A stretch of DNA of 64,000 nucleotides, from positions 928,001 through 992,000 of the forward strand of contig CBDCXR010000004.1 of assembly GCA_965223845.1 (NCBI GenBank), in the 5' to 3' direction. A program made the position numbers and the translations under genes. The notes beneath the pieces are model-generated. The model did not search any database. It was given only the letters and a program-made list of their open reading frames with translations, and was not told where the DNA came from. The DNA is from Planctomycetota bacterium. Lineage in GTDB: Bacteria > Planctomycetota > UBA8108 > SXIK01. Below, piece by piece: positions 1-9,645 of this stretch. Each line of letters begins with the position of its first letter. Positions within the stretch are counted from its first letter, which is position 1.

Positions 1-3000
1 TCCGGGCGAGGCTCGACGATGGCGAAGGGAGCCTCCTCGCCCCGTCCGCCGGCGAGAACCGCTTCGAGGAGGCGACGGCGTTCGGCGATGAATCCTCCGG
101 GCTGGGCGTGCCCGATTCCGGTTCGTCCCGCCTGCATCAGGCGCTCGACGAACGGCGCGAGAAATTCGGGATCGAACGCTCCGCGGACGAGACGATCGAC
201 CGCGCGGTAGTAGCGTCGCTGAATGATCGGGCGATTGAGGAAGCGCGTGACTTCATCGAACGGGAGGAGATACCGGCTCTCTACGTTCGTCGAGAGCGCG
301 GGCGGGAGGAAGCTCGCCGGGTTTCCGTAGCTGATCTCGAGGTCCCACGGGAGGAGGACCCACCCTCTCCGTTCATCGCGGTACCAGTACGCATTCTTTC
401 CGCGCCGGGCGCCCCAGGTGTCGTGATCGTCGGTGTTCAATCGAACCGCGAGAACGCGCAGGATCGCGTCGACGTCGGCAACGGCGAAGATGGCATCGTC
501 GAACTCCGGGTCGAGGAGGAGGCCCGGCGTCATCACCCGCGCGAAATCGATGAGAGTCCGCCAGTCGCTCGGGCGAGTACGCCCCCGTGGGCGAAAATAG
601 CCGCGGTATTCCTCGACGTCGCCGCCGCGCCCGGGATCGCCGTAGGGGGGCGCACGCAGTCGAGAATCCGCGCTCGCGATCCGCCGCCCCGCATCGGAAA
701 ACGTGTGGCGGTCGTCCATCTCGAAACGCGGTCCGCTCGTCTCGGGGAACCACCGCCGCACGAAGTCGCGGTTGGGAAGCGGAGTGTGGTCGCGCAAGCC
801 GTCGACATTAGGCCAAACCTGCCAGCGAACGAGCCACGGATCGGCGAACGGCGTTGTTCTCCCTTCCTCGTTTTGAAAGCGGAGGAGGTAGTGCGAGAGT
901 TTCTCTCGCCCGTCGCGTGCGCCGCCGCCTTGGTGCTCTTCCAGGTTGAAGCTTCGGTACTCGCCGAACAGACGGTCGTCGCGCGGGAACTCGATCCGCC
1001 AGCTCCCCGACCAGCGCGTGCGCGCGAAGGGGCTCCCGGAAAACCGGACCCCGGCGCCGTAGTGAATTCGCTCGCCGTCGACCACGATCGTCGCCGGGAG
1101 GAGGTGGTTCGAGTGGAGCGCCCGCGCTTCGAGGAGCCGAGTCGTTTGTGGCGAGATGAACGCGGCGTAGGACAAGATCGCCGCGCCTTCGAGCACGCGC
1201 GCCGGCAGGTGACGGTAGACGAGGAAGGCGTCGTTCTCTCGACTCTCGAGCGAATGCGTGCGTGATTCCGGAAGTGGCGGGAAGCGCGCGACCGTCCCGC
1301 GTTCGTCTTCCGACTCGACGGCGAACTGCACCGAAGCTCCCTCCGCCTGACCGGGGATCGCGGCTGCGTACTCGTCGCGTTCGAGAGTTTTCTCCATCGG
1401 AACGCGCGACTCGCGATCGCTGTCGCCTGTCCGATAGACGAGAGTCGCGCGGGCGATTCCGTCCGGATCTCGAACGCGCGCGGTCACCGTAACGGGGTGA
1501 TCCGCGATCGGCGTCGCCGGCGACTCACCCGAGCCGCGGTGCCGCACGCGGTCGATCGCCGGACCGACATTGTTCGTTCCTTCGCGGAGAGCCTGGCGGA
1601 GCGCGACCGAGTTGGTGCGTCCGGGCGTTCCGAGACGTTCGGGTACCGAGAGCGCGAGCTCCGCGGCGAAGCTCGGAGATCGAGTTCCGGTCACGGCCCC
1701 GCGGACGAGAAGAGTCGGGGAGCCGGCGATCCAACGCGAGAGAAGCCGGACGGAGTACCGTGCGCCGAGCTCGAGCGCGGGAAGTGCCGCGTCGGTAGTT
1801 TCGACGCGATTCACTTTTTCGTCGCCGCTGCCGCTCGAGGCGAGGTGCAGCGAGGAAGTGCCGCGGAGGGCGTCGTCGCGCCGGATGGCCGAGAGAACGT
1901 GCGTTCCCTCGATGCGCCAGAGTGTTTCAGGAGCCGCGGGGTCGATCTCGAAGTCACCTCCACGAAGTAGATTGTCGCCGAGACTTCGCCGAATCCACCC
2001 GCGAACGAGGCGAGCTTCGAGCCGCAGGTCGTCGCCAGTGCGGGACGCGTTGTGAACTTCGATTGCGAGTGAGTTTTCGCCGGGGTGAAGTCGATCCTTC
2101 GCTCCGGCGATCGCCACTCGAATCGTCCGGTGCTCGGACGCGAGCGCGACGCTGTTCGCCTCGAGAAGAGCGGGAAGGTTCGCGCGGGCGACGGGGACGC
2201 CGTTCAGATACGCCGCGAACCCGTCGTCGTACTCGACCTCGAGAACGAGAGCCTGCTCGTCGAGGGCGCGGAGATCGTCTGCGGACACGAAAAAGCTCGT
2301 TCGTGCAAAGAGCGCGACCGGTCGGTCGCCCCCCTCATCTGCCGGCAGGTTCGTGCCCTCGTCCCCGAAGCCGAATCCGAGCGGTGCAGGTCCCGCACCC
2401 TTCAGCCGCGCCGTCGTCCTCCAATCGGGAGGGAGAGGATCTGTCGAGGTCTCGTACGCCCAGTTCGAACGTTCGGCGACGAGCGTCGCCTCGACGCCGA
2501 CACGTTCCTCGATTCGCCGAAGCTCGATCTCGTCGACAAGCGTGATCCCGCGACGAGGGAGGATCAGGTGAAGCTCTGATTCTCCACCGGAGTATTCCCC
2601 TTCGGCCGTGAGCACAGTCGGCTCTGCGGCGCTCGATTCGTCGCTCGCGTCCCAGGTCGCTGGACAGTCGCTCGGAGCGAACGGATCGATGCGCTCGAGC
2701 GTCGACCCGCCGCCATCGGCCCAGCGCGGCCATCGTCCGCCGTCGTGGTACTCGACGGCATCGACGAGATTCCCGTCCGCGTCCCGGAGCACGATGCGCT
2801 CCGAGCGATTCGAGAGCTCACCGAAGTCGGCACGCGCGTCCGGTGTCGCCGGACCGACGAGGAGCTCGGGGGCGAGAACGGCATCCAGATCGTAGATCGC
2901 GCGGATCTCCTCCGGCTCACGCGCGACGACGAGGAAACTGCCGCTCGGAACTGAGATCTCAGGCAGCTCGAAGCGGATTCCGCTCGTGAAGCGCCAGCCA

Positions 3001-4043
3001 GCGACGGACACGGCGGCGGCGCCGTAGTTGAAGATCTCGATGAACTCGCCCTCATCGCCGCCGGTGAGCGGGTGATACTGAATCTCGTTGATGACGACCG
3101 TGTGCTCGATCGGGAGGCGATTCGGTGCGCTGCGAGTGGGTGCCGCTGCGGGTTCGACTTCGCGCGCACCGTCGGGGATCGACGCAGCGCTTCGCCCGGT
3201 GGGGGCGGAGGAGTACCAGCGTGCGTCCACGACACGATCGTCCGGATCGAGGAGGACGATGAGGATCTCGTCGTCTCTCATCGCGAGGGAAACCCCGAGA
3301 GCATCCTCTCCGAGAGCGAGAAACGGCGTGTCGGCGGCGCGGAGGAGGGTGCGATCTTCGATCACCGCGGTGTGATCTCCGATCGCGAATCGATACCCGG
3401 CGAGGTTCACATCGGCGGCGCCGGCGTTGTAGATCTCGAGGTAGCGATCGTCCGCGTCATCCGTCGCCGAATAGAGCTCGTTGAGTCGAAGGGAAGACTC
3501 GGCCACTCGCCGGTCGACGCGCCCCGGCGATCCCCGGCGCTCGGTGCTCGGCACCCAGCTCGCCGGATGGTCGACGCGCTCGTACGGACTGGCGAGGACG
3601 AGTGAGCTCCCCGCGCCGTCGGCCGCCGCTGGCCACCGGCCGCGATCGGAGTAGCGAACGCTCGTGATGGCGACGCCGCTCGCTTCGCAGAGGGTGACGC
3701 GTTCGCCGTCGTTGTCGAGCGCGCCACGAAAGTCGCCGACGACCGCCTGGGTCCCGAGCTCGCGGCGAGCGAGATCGGTGTTTCGCGCAACGACGATGAC
3801 CTCCCCCGCGTCGAGAATCGTTCGCTCCTCGAAGCGAAACTCGATTCCTTCGCAGAAGTATCGTCCGGTGAGATCGACTGGCTCCGACGTCTCGTTGTAG
3901 AGCTCGATGTACTCGAGATCGGACGGCTCGCCGGGACCCGGGTGGTAGTAGATCTCCGTGATGCGAAGGGCCCTTGCCGGCGTCGAAAGTGACGCGAGGG
4001 CGAGCGCGGTCGCCGCGAGTAAGCCGAGATTTCGCCGAAGCAT
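1..4043 (-). CDS. Secreted lamin-tail-domain / CotH-kinase-like protein (3' end runs off window); paralog of 4239..8894
   Basis: Absent from the ORF track, presumably because its stop lies outside the window. Manual translation from ATG 4043 gives the signal peptide MLRRNLGLLAATALALASLSTPARA, then lamin-tail starts LRITEIYYHPG...LEYIELYN and LRLNELYS. A later CotH-like segment reads FEMDDRHTF...RLNTDDHDTWGARRGKNAYWY...LLPWDLE. The same frame is open at the segments checked, including position 3. Confidence 0.88.
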   Translation of the reverse strand, partial: MLRRNLGLLAATALALASLSTPARALRITEIYYHPGPGEPSDLEYIELYNETSEPVDLTGRYFCEGIEFRFEERTILDAGEVIVVARNTDLARRELGTQAVVGDFRGALDNDGERVTLCEASGVAITSVRYSDRGRWPAAADGAGSSLVLASPYERVDHPASWVPSTERRGSPGRVDRRVAESSLRLNELYSATDDADDRYLEIYNAGAADVNLAGYRFAIGDHTAVIEDRTLLRAADTPFLALGEDALGVSLAMRDDEILIVLLDPDDRVVDARWYSSAPTGRSAASIPDGAREVEPAAAPTRSAPNRLPIEHTVVINEIQYHPLTGGDEGEFIEIFNYGAAAVSVAGWRFTSGIRFELPEISVPSGSFLVVAREPEEIRAIYDLDAVLAPELLVGPATPDARADFGELSNRSERIVLRDADGNLVDAVEYHDGGRWPRWADGGGSTLERIDPFAPSDCPATWDASDESSAAEPTVLTAEGEYSGGESELHLILPRRGITLVDEIELRRIEERVGVEATLVAERSNWAYETSTDPLPPDWRTTARLKGAGPAPLGFGFGDEGTNLPADEGGDRPVALFARTSFFVSADDLRALDEQALVLEVEYDDGFAAYLNGVPVARANLPALLEANSVALASEHRTIRVAIAGAKDRLHPGENSLAIEVHNASRTGDDLRLEARLVRGWIRRSLGDNLLRGGDFEIDPAAPETLWRIEGTHVLSAIRRDDALRGTSSLHLASSGSGDEKVNRVETTDAALPALELGARYSVRLLSRWIAGSPTLLVRGAVTGTRSPSFAAELALSVPERLGTPGRTNSVALRQALREGTNNVGPAIDRVRHRGSGESPATPIADHPVTVTARVRDPDGIARATLVYRTGDSDRESRVPMEKTLERDEYAAAIPGQAEGASVQFAVESEDERGTVARFPPLPESRTHSLESRENDAFLVYRHLPARVLEGAAILSYAAFISPQTTRLLEARALHSNHLLPATIVVDGERIHYGAGVRFSGSPFARTRWSGSWRIEFPRDDRLFGEYRSFNLEEHQGGGARDGREKLSHYLLRFQNEEGRTTPFADPWLVRWQVWPNVDGLRDHTPLPNRDFVRRWFPETSGPRFEMDDRHTFSDAGRRIASADSRLRAPPYGDPGRGGDVEEYRGYFRPRGRTRPSDWRTLIDFARVMTPGLLLDPEFDDAIFAVADVDAILRVLAVRLNTDDHDTWGARRGKNAYWYRDERRGWVLLPWDLEISYGNPASFLPPALSTNVESRYLLPFDEVTRFLNRPIIQRRYYRAVDRLVRGAFDPEFLAPFVERLMQAGRTGIGHAQPGGFIAERRRLLEAVLAGGRGEEAPFAIVEPRP

Positions 4044-4150
4044 TTGCGATCGACCGCGGAGCGACGTTCTCGATTCAGGCCGCCGGCGAGCCGCCGGCGA
4101 ACGGAGTCCTCGATCTATCCCACACGCGCCATTCGGTACGGCGGCAGCGG

Positions 4151-4197
4151 AAAACGTGCGCGTCTCCGGGGGAACTCTTCCGCCCTCGGAGACGCGC
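4151..4197 (-). terminator. Hairpin, possible terminator or processing site between the two tandem CotH/LTD genes
   Basis: Perfect 11-bp arms GCGCGTCTCCG / CGGAGACGCGC (4158-4168, 4187-4197), followed on the minus strand by ACGTTTT, ~40 nt after the 4239 stop. Confidence 0.45.
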
Positions 4198-4238
4198 TGT
4201 CTTCGTCCGCCCGCCCGACTCGATCGTGACGGGCCGAG

Positions 4239-7200
4239 CTACGGCACGGGAATCCCTTCCGTACAGGTGAGCAGATCCTCGGTCGTATCCTCTCCTGGGC
4301 CCGGGAACGGGTTCGCGGGCGGCGCGCCGCGCTGGAAGAGGTAGCCGAGCGTCGCGATCGCGTCGGTCTGGTTGACGGATCCGTCATCGTTGGTGTCGGC
4401 CGCGTCGCGGCATGGGATCGTCTTCCCACCGAAGAGGTGGAGCAGCGTGTGAATCGCGTCCGTGATGTTGATCTTTCCGTTCAGATCGACGTCCCCTCGA
4501 ATGAAGAGTGTCGCCGAGTGGCCTGCGGTGACCTCGATCGACGTCCGAGCGACGAAGTTCTGGTGGGAGTCGAAGCCGAGGAACTCGACGGTGTGGGTAC
4601 CGGCCGGAACCTCGCCGGTCGCGATCCAGCCGAAGAAATCGTCGTTCTTGAACCTGACGTCGAGAAGGTCGGTGTCCTCATCGTCGATGCGGACGGACAT
4701 CGAGAAGATATCGACCGGCGCGATTCCTTCGATGGTGATGCGCGGGTCGATGACCTCGATCGGCGCGCCGTCGTTGGTCGTTACCTCGAAGGGCACGCTC
4801 GCCGAGTTCGTCGAACGGAGATCTTGAACGAGGTTTCGCTTCCGCCGGTCCACGTACCCGTTCGGCTTCGCGATTCCGGTGTTCGTCATCCCGGCCTGGT
4901 CGAGGCTCGAGGCGTACGGCGCCAGAAACGAGCCGTCAAAATGAGCCGCGACCATCTCGTTCAGGATTCCGTAGTACATGCGCTTGATCCGCGGCCGGTT
5001 CACGAACCACGTCGCCTCGCGGAACTTGTCCATGTTCCAGGTCGGGTTGCTCGACTGGCTCACTCGCGGCGGACGGAAGGCGTTGATGTCACCGTAGGTG
5101 AGCTCCATGTCCCACGCGAGGAGCACCCAGCGTCCATGGTTCGGCGGGAGGTACCAGTAGCAGTTTTTGCCGCGCCGACCGCCCCAAGTGTCCCAGTCGT
5201 CGGTATTGAGGCGGACCGACCAAATTCGGAGGATCTCCTCGACGTCGGCGATCTCCCAAATGCGCTCGTCGAACTCTTCCTCCGAGAGAATGTTCGGCGT
5301 CATGACGCGACAGAACTCGATGAAGTCCGTCCAGTCGTCGAACGGATTCCCGCCGCGCGGCATGAAGAAGTAGCGGTACTGCTCCTTGTCCGCGCCGAGC
5401 GTCGGCGAGCCGACCGGCGGGTAGCGCACGAAAGCGTCGTTACTGGCTTGTCGCGTGCCGGAGTCGGTGATCGTGTGCCGGTCGTCCATCTCGAGAAACG
5501 GTCCGGTGTGATCGTCCGGATACCACTGCTCGAGAAACTCCCGGTTCGGCATGCCGTAGTGCTCGCGCGGCTCGTTGACACGGCTGTTCACCTGCCACTG
5601 GGCGAGCCAGAGCCTCGAGTACGGGACGCGAGTTTGGCCGGTGTTGCTGAAGCGAAGCAGATAGTGGGAGACCCGCTCGCGTGCGTCGCGCGCGCCGGAG
5701 CCCTGATGGTCCTCCATACCGAACTTCTTGATCTCACCCCAGAGCGGTTTGTCGCGCGGCATGCGGACCCGCCAGCTCTCACTCCACGCTTGGCGCGCCC
5801 AGGGACTGCCGGAGAAGCGGACCTTGGAGTTGTAGTAGACGTCCTCGTTGCCAAAAACGAACGTCGCGTCGATGAGGTCGTTCGAATGGAGCGGACGCCG
5901 GGAGAGAGCAAGCTCGTTCCCCTTGTGCATGAAGCAGCGATAGGAAAGCAGCCGGCCGTTGTAGCGCGCGTCGTGTGCGTAGACGGCGTAGTTCGGGTCG
6001 ATGATCGCCGGGTCCTCCGGATCGCGCCGAGGCGCGTGAGTCGCGGCGAGGTAGTCGCGGGGGAAGCGTCCCGTGCGTCCCTTCGTGTCGGTCGCGGTTA
6101 CGTAGTAGACGACGAGCTTTCGTCGCTCCTGACCCGGAATAGTCGCAGTGTAGACGCCGTCGCTGTCGTCATCTTCCATCGCCAGGGAGACGAGCCCGTC
6201 GGCCGCATTCAGCTCGGGGTTGTCGATGCTGTAGTGAAGCATCACGGTCGCGAGGCCATCCGGATCGAAGACCTTCGCTTCGACCGTCACGACCTCACCC
6301 GCGTCGGGAATCGCCGGGGAGTGCTTGACGTTCGTCAGGACGGGGCCGGTGTTCACGTCGCCGAAGCGATCGATTTGTCGCTGAGTGACGGAGTTGATCG
6401 CACCCGGCGTTCCGAACTGCGTCGGGATCGCGAGCTGGTGCGAGGTCGCGTACGAGGGCGAGACGGTGTTGGTGTACTTTCCGTGAGTGAGGAGCGCGGC
6501 GACGCCGACGACCCACTTTGCCTTCAGGCTGACGCGGTACTCCGCACCGGGTGTGAGTCGAGCGAGTCCGGTATTGGACGTTTCGATTCGGTTTACCTTG
6601 TTGTCGCCGTTTCCCGTCGAAATGATCTTGAGTGAGCCATCACCGCTGATCGACTGCTTCGTCGTCCGGCCCGAGTGGACGTGCGTTCCTTGAATCACCC
6701 AGGAACGCTGATAATCGTCGGTCTCGAACATCCCGTCGGTGAGGAGGTTCGGTCCGTCCTCGTGCACGTACTCGCCGTTGACGAGCTGGCCTGCGAAGCG
6801 GACGTCGTTGCTGTTCGTCGTCGAATTGAGGACCTGCACCGCGAGAACGTTTCGCCCCTCGACGAGGAGCTCGGTGAGGTGCGTCCAATCGAGCTGAAGC
6901 TCTGCGGTCTCGCGCGAGCGCCGGGCGCGGTCGTCGAACGCGGGAACTTCGTCGTCTTCGACGCGTAGATTCTCGTTGTATACGTGTTGGCCGTTCAGGA
7001 AACAGGCGAAACCGTCGTCGTACTGAACGTCGAAGATGAAGTTCGTCATATTGGCGATGTCGTCCGCCGTCAGTTCGAACTCCTGGCGGAAGAACAGCGA
7101 CGTGTACTCGCCGCGCATGTCGTCGATGACCGTAGTCTCGTCGTCTTCGCCGTAGCCGATGATCGCCCGCCCTTCGAGCCACCCGTCATCGTCGAACTCG

Positions 7201-8894
7201 GTTTGCGCCCAGTCCGCCGGCGGAGCCTCTCGGCCCTTGAAGTAGCGCCACGACGACTGCGCGGGAATGAACGTCTTGAACACATTGACGCGCGTCGTCC
7301 GCGTCGTCATCTGGATGTCGTCGACGATCGTGATGCCGCGTCCGGGGAGGACGAGATGCAGCTCGGACTCGTCGGTCCCCTGAACGAACGTTCCGGTGTA
7401 TTCGAACTCGGTGACCGGCGCGCGGTGCGAATCGTCGCTCGCGTCCCACGCGTGTCCGGCATTGTTGTCCTGGTAGGGGTCGATCAGCTCGAGGCTCGAG
7501 CCGCCCGCGTCGGGCCACGCCGGCCATTCTCCGCCGTCCTGGTACCGCACGGAGTCGGCGACGTTGCCGATCGAATCGAGCAGCGTCACGCGCTCCCCGC
7601 CGTTCGCGAACCGGCCGTAGTCCTCGACCGCTTCGGGAGTCTCCGGACCGATGACCTGGCTCGGTGACAGCTCGTAGGTTTCGCGAATCAGCTCCGGGTT
7701 TCGCGCGATGACGAGGTAGCTACCGGCGGGAAGCGAGACCGCGGGGAAGCTGAAATCGATGCCCTCGTCGAACGCCCAACCGGTGAGATCGACGGTGGAT
7801 TCGCCGCGATTGAAGATCTCGACGAATTCCTTCTCCTCATCCCCGTCGAGCGGGTTGTAGTGGATCTCGTTGATGACGATCGAACTCTCGACTTCGATCC
7901 GATTGACGGCGCCGGGCGTTGGCTGCGCGAACTCGGAGATCGATTTCGTGCCGTCTGGAACTCGCGCCTCGCTCAGCCCTTCGACGCGCGGCCGAAAGAT
8001 GCGCGCGTCGACGACGAGATCGCCGGTCGGATTCGTGAGAATGAAATACACGCGCTCGCCCGCCTCGGCGACCGAGAGGTCGAGCCCTAGCTCCGATTCC
8101 GTGAACGAGATGTGCGACTGGCCGCGGAGTACGGTATCGGCGGGGATTTCGACCTGCTTGAGATTGCCGCGGTCGATGCTCAAGTAGTAACCGGAGAGAT
8201 CGACCTCTGCTTCCCCTCGGTTGTAGAGCTCGACGAAGCGCTCCTCGCCGTCCGCCACCATCGAGTAAAGCTCGTTGAGAACGACGGGGACTCGATCGTT
8301 TTCCGCCGGGTTCTCTTCTCCGGGGGAGCCACCGAGCACACTGCTCGCGCTCCAATTGTCCGGGTCAGCCTGCTCGCCGTACGGACGCTCGATTTCGAGC
8401 GAATGACCGGTCCCGTCGGCGGCTCCCGGCCACTTGCCGCGATCGTTGTAACGCAGGGTCGCGATGACGACGCCCGCGTTGTCGCAGAGCGAGACGCGCT
8501 CTCCGCCGTTCGCGAGACGCGCGCCGTCCGCCATTCCGTCTTCGCCGACGATGCCCCACGGGCCTACGACGTTTCTGAGGTCCGGATGCTGTTCCTTGAG
8601 CGCGTCGGGATCCGCGGCGATCACGAGATACGCCCCCGCGGCGAGGAATCGCCGGTCGGCGAACACGAACTCGATCCCTTCGCAGAAGTGGTAGCCGAAG
8701 AGATCGACGGCATTCGGCTCTTCGTTGAAGATCTCGATGAATTCGAGGTTCGGTCCGTCCGCGGTCGTCCCGGCCGGGTTGTACATGATTTCCGTTATGC
8801 GGACGGCGAACGCGGGGCTCGCTAGCCCGACGATCAGCGCTGCGAGCGCGATCATTCGGATGGACGACGGGCGGCGTGCGATTCTCATCGACAT
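4239..8894 (-). CDS. Secreted protein: 3 lamin-tail domains, beta-sandwich modules, CotH-like kinase domain, C-terminal dockerin-like tag
   Basis: Signal peptide (...GLASPAFA). LTD starts VRITEIMYNP, VVLNELYS and IVINEIHYNP. CotH-like DDWDTWGGRRGKNCYWY...WVLLAWDMELTYG. C-terminal FIRGDVDLNGKINITDAI...DAADTNDDGSVNQTDAI. RBS-like GAGGGAA before ATG. Confidence 0.9.
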   Translation of the reverse strand: MSMRIARRPSSIRMIALAALIVGLASPAFAVRITEIMYNPAGTTADGPNLEFIEIFNEEPNAVDLFGYHFCEGIEFVFADRRFLAAGAYLVIAADPDALKEQHPDLRNVVGPWGIVGEDGMADGARLANGGERVSLCDNAGVVIATLRYNDRGKWPGAADGTGHSLEIERPYGEQADPDNWSASSVLGGSPGEENPAENDRVPVVLNELYSMVADGEERFVELYNRGEAEVDLSGYYLSIDRGNLKQVEIPADTVLRGQSHISFTESELGLDLSVAEAGERVYFILTNPTGDLVVDARIFRPRVEGLSEARVPDGTKSISEFAQPTPGAVNRIEVESSIVINEIHYNPLDGDEEKEFVEIFNRGESTVDLTGWAFDEGIDFSFPAVSLPAGSYLVIARNPELIRETYELSPSQVIGPETPEAVEDYGRFANGGERVTLLDSIGNVADSVRYQDGGEWPAWPDAGGSSLELIDPYQDNNAGHAWDASDDSHRAPVTEFEYTGTFVQGTDESELHLVLPGRGITIVDDIQMTTRTTRVNVFKTFIPAQSSWRYFKGREAPPADWAQTEFDDDGWLEGRAIIGYGEDDETTVIDDMRGEYTSLFFRQEFELTADDIANMTNFIFDVQYDDGFACFLNGQHVYNENLRVEDDEVPAFDDRARRSRETAELQLDWTHLTELLVEGRNVLAVQVLNSTTNSNDVRFAGQLVNGEYVHEDGPNLLTDGMFETDDYQRSWVIQGTHVHSGRTTKQSISGDGSLKIISTGNGDNKVNRIETSNTGLARLTPGAEYRVSLKAKWVVGVAALLTHGKYTNTVSPSYATSHQLAIPTQFGTPGAINSVTQRQIDRFGDVNTGPVLTNVKHSPAIPDAGEVVTVEAKVFDPDGLATVMLHYSIDNPELNAADGLVSLAMEDDDSDGVYTATIPGQERRKLVVYYVTATDTKGRTGRFPRDYLAATHAPRRDPEDPAIIDPNYAVYAHDARYNGRLLSYRCFMHKGNELALSRRPLHSNDLIDATFVFGNEDVYYNSKVRFSGSPWARQAWSESWRVRMPRDKPLWGEIKKFGMEDHQGSGARDARERVSHYLLRFSNTGQTRVPYSRLWLAQWQVNSRVNEPREHYGMPNREFLEQWYPDDHTGPFLEMDDRHTITDSGTRQASNDAFVRYPPVGSPTLGADKEQYRYFFMPRGGNPFDDWTDFIEFCRVMTPNILSEEEFDERIWEIADVEEILRIWSVRLNTDDWDTWGGRRGKNCYWYLPPNHGRWVLLAWDMELTYGDINAFRPPRVSQSSNPTWNMDKFREATWFVNRPRIKRMYYGILNEMVAAHFDGSFLAPYASSLDQAGMTNTGIAKPNGYVDRRKRNLVQDLRSTNSASVPFEVTTNDGAPIEVIDPRITIEGIAPVDIFSMSVRIDDEDTDLLDVRFKNDDFFGWIATGEVPAGTHTVEFLGFDSHQNFVARTSIEVTAGHSATLFIRGDVDLNGKINITDAIHTLLHLFGGKTIPCRDAADTNDDGSVNQTDAIATLGYLFQRGAPPANPFPGPGEDTTEDLLTCTEGIPVP

Positions 8895-9283
8895 TTCGGT
8901 TCCCTCGGTAATCTCTGGACGCGCTGTCGGTGGCGGCTCTCGTCCGAGCCGGGATGCGAGCGCGCCATCTCCATGTCCCCGCGTAGCTCGACAACGTCTG
9001 CTGCCGAGGCGTCTTTACGCAATCTTCTCGGAAAATCTCCCACGGTGCCCAGAACCAAGCTCCGTCGGTCTCGCTTCGCGGACCGATCGGGAGCACCCAA
9101 AATCCAAACGTCCATTGTAGACGCCGGGAGCGCCGTAGAGAAACGGTGACACTGGTCGATTCGAACCCCGACGACGCGAAGGCGCTGCGCCGAACTAACG
9201 AATTGTCCTAGAGTCCATGTTCCCAAAAAGTTAGGAAAGTTGGCGGCGAGAGCCAACGGTTTACTAGACACCAGACTGGCGCG

Positions 9284-9289
9284 TAGAAT
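9284..9289 (+). promoter_or_regulatory. Putative sigma70 -10 element (TAGAAT) upstream of the structured element and kinase gene
   Basis: TAGAAT in an AT-richer intergenic patch. The same hexamer precedes other + strand units at 39690, 48197 and 60884. Confidence 0.35.
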
Positions 9290-9299
9290 CGTGCCGTGA

Positions 9300-9510
9300 C
9301 GCCTTCGGATCGGAGTGGAGACGACGAAAGTCGATCCGAGAGGCGGCCGCGGACGTGAGAGACCGCAGCCGCGATGGGCGAGAGGAGCTCTGCCGGGAGG
9401 ACGGAGGAAGTCCCATTCGGCCGTCGTCTTGCCCGCACGGTGGGGAGATGGCCGGGTGCGTCCTCTTGGCCCGCGCTCGCGGCTTCGGTCGAAGTGACGC
9501 GCCGCTCGGA
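9300..9510 (+). ncRNA. Candidate structured RNA or 5' leader (long irregular hairpin)
   Basis: Nested helices: 9335-9340/9505-9510, ~9343-9354/9494-9505, 9361-9374/9477-9490, 9376-9388/9458-9472 and 9418-9425/9447-9454, plus a CGAC-GAAA-GTCG hairpin at 9322-9333. G-U wobbles favour the + strand. Family not recognised. Confidence 0.4.
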
Positions 9511-9645
9511 ATGGTCGTGGCGGCCGCGATCGAATGACCCGAAACTGAGGATCGTCTATTCAGGGTGCGAATGCGCTCGAGGATCCGTTCTCGAGCTGCG
9601 TCCGCCGGGTCGACGCGCGTAGAGGAAACACTAGGGGATGCGCAA

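Noticed and set aside
4437-6635. Long + strand ORFs (also 108..1265, 13709..16042, 16115..17602, 19763..21118, 37788..39488)
   Set aside because: Antisense shadows of well-supported minus-strand genes.
9400-9416. GGAGGAAGTCCC resembling the RNase P RNA motif GAGGAAAGUCC
   Set aside because: It is one A short and I found no matching 3' P4 strand or other RNase P motifs. Kept only as an unassigned structured-RNA candidate.
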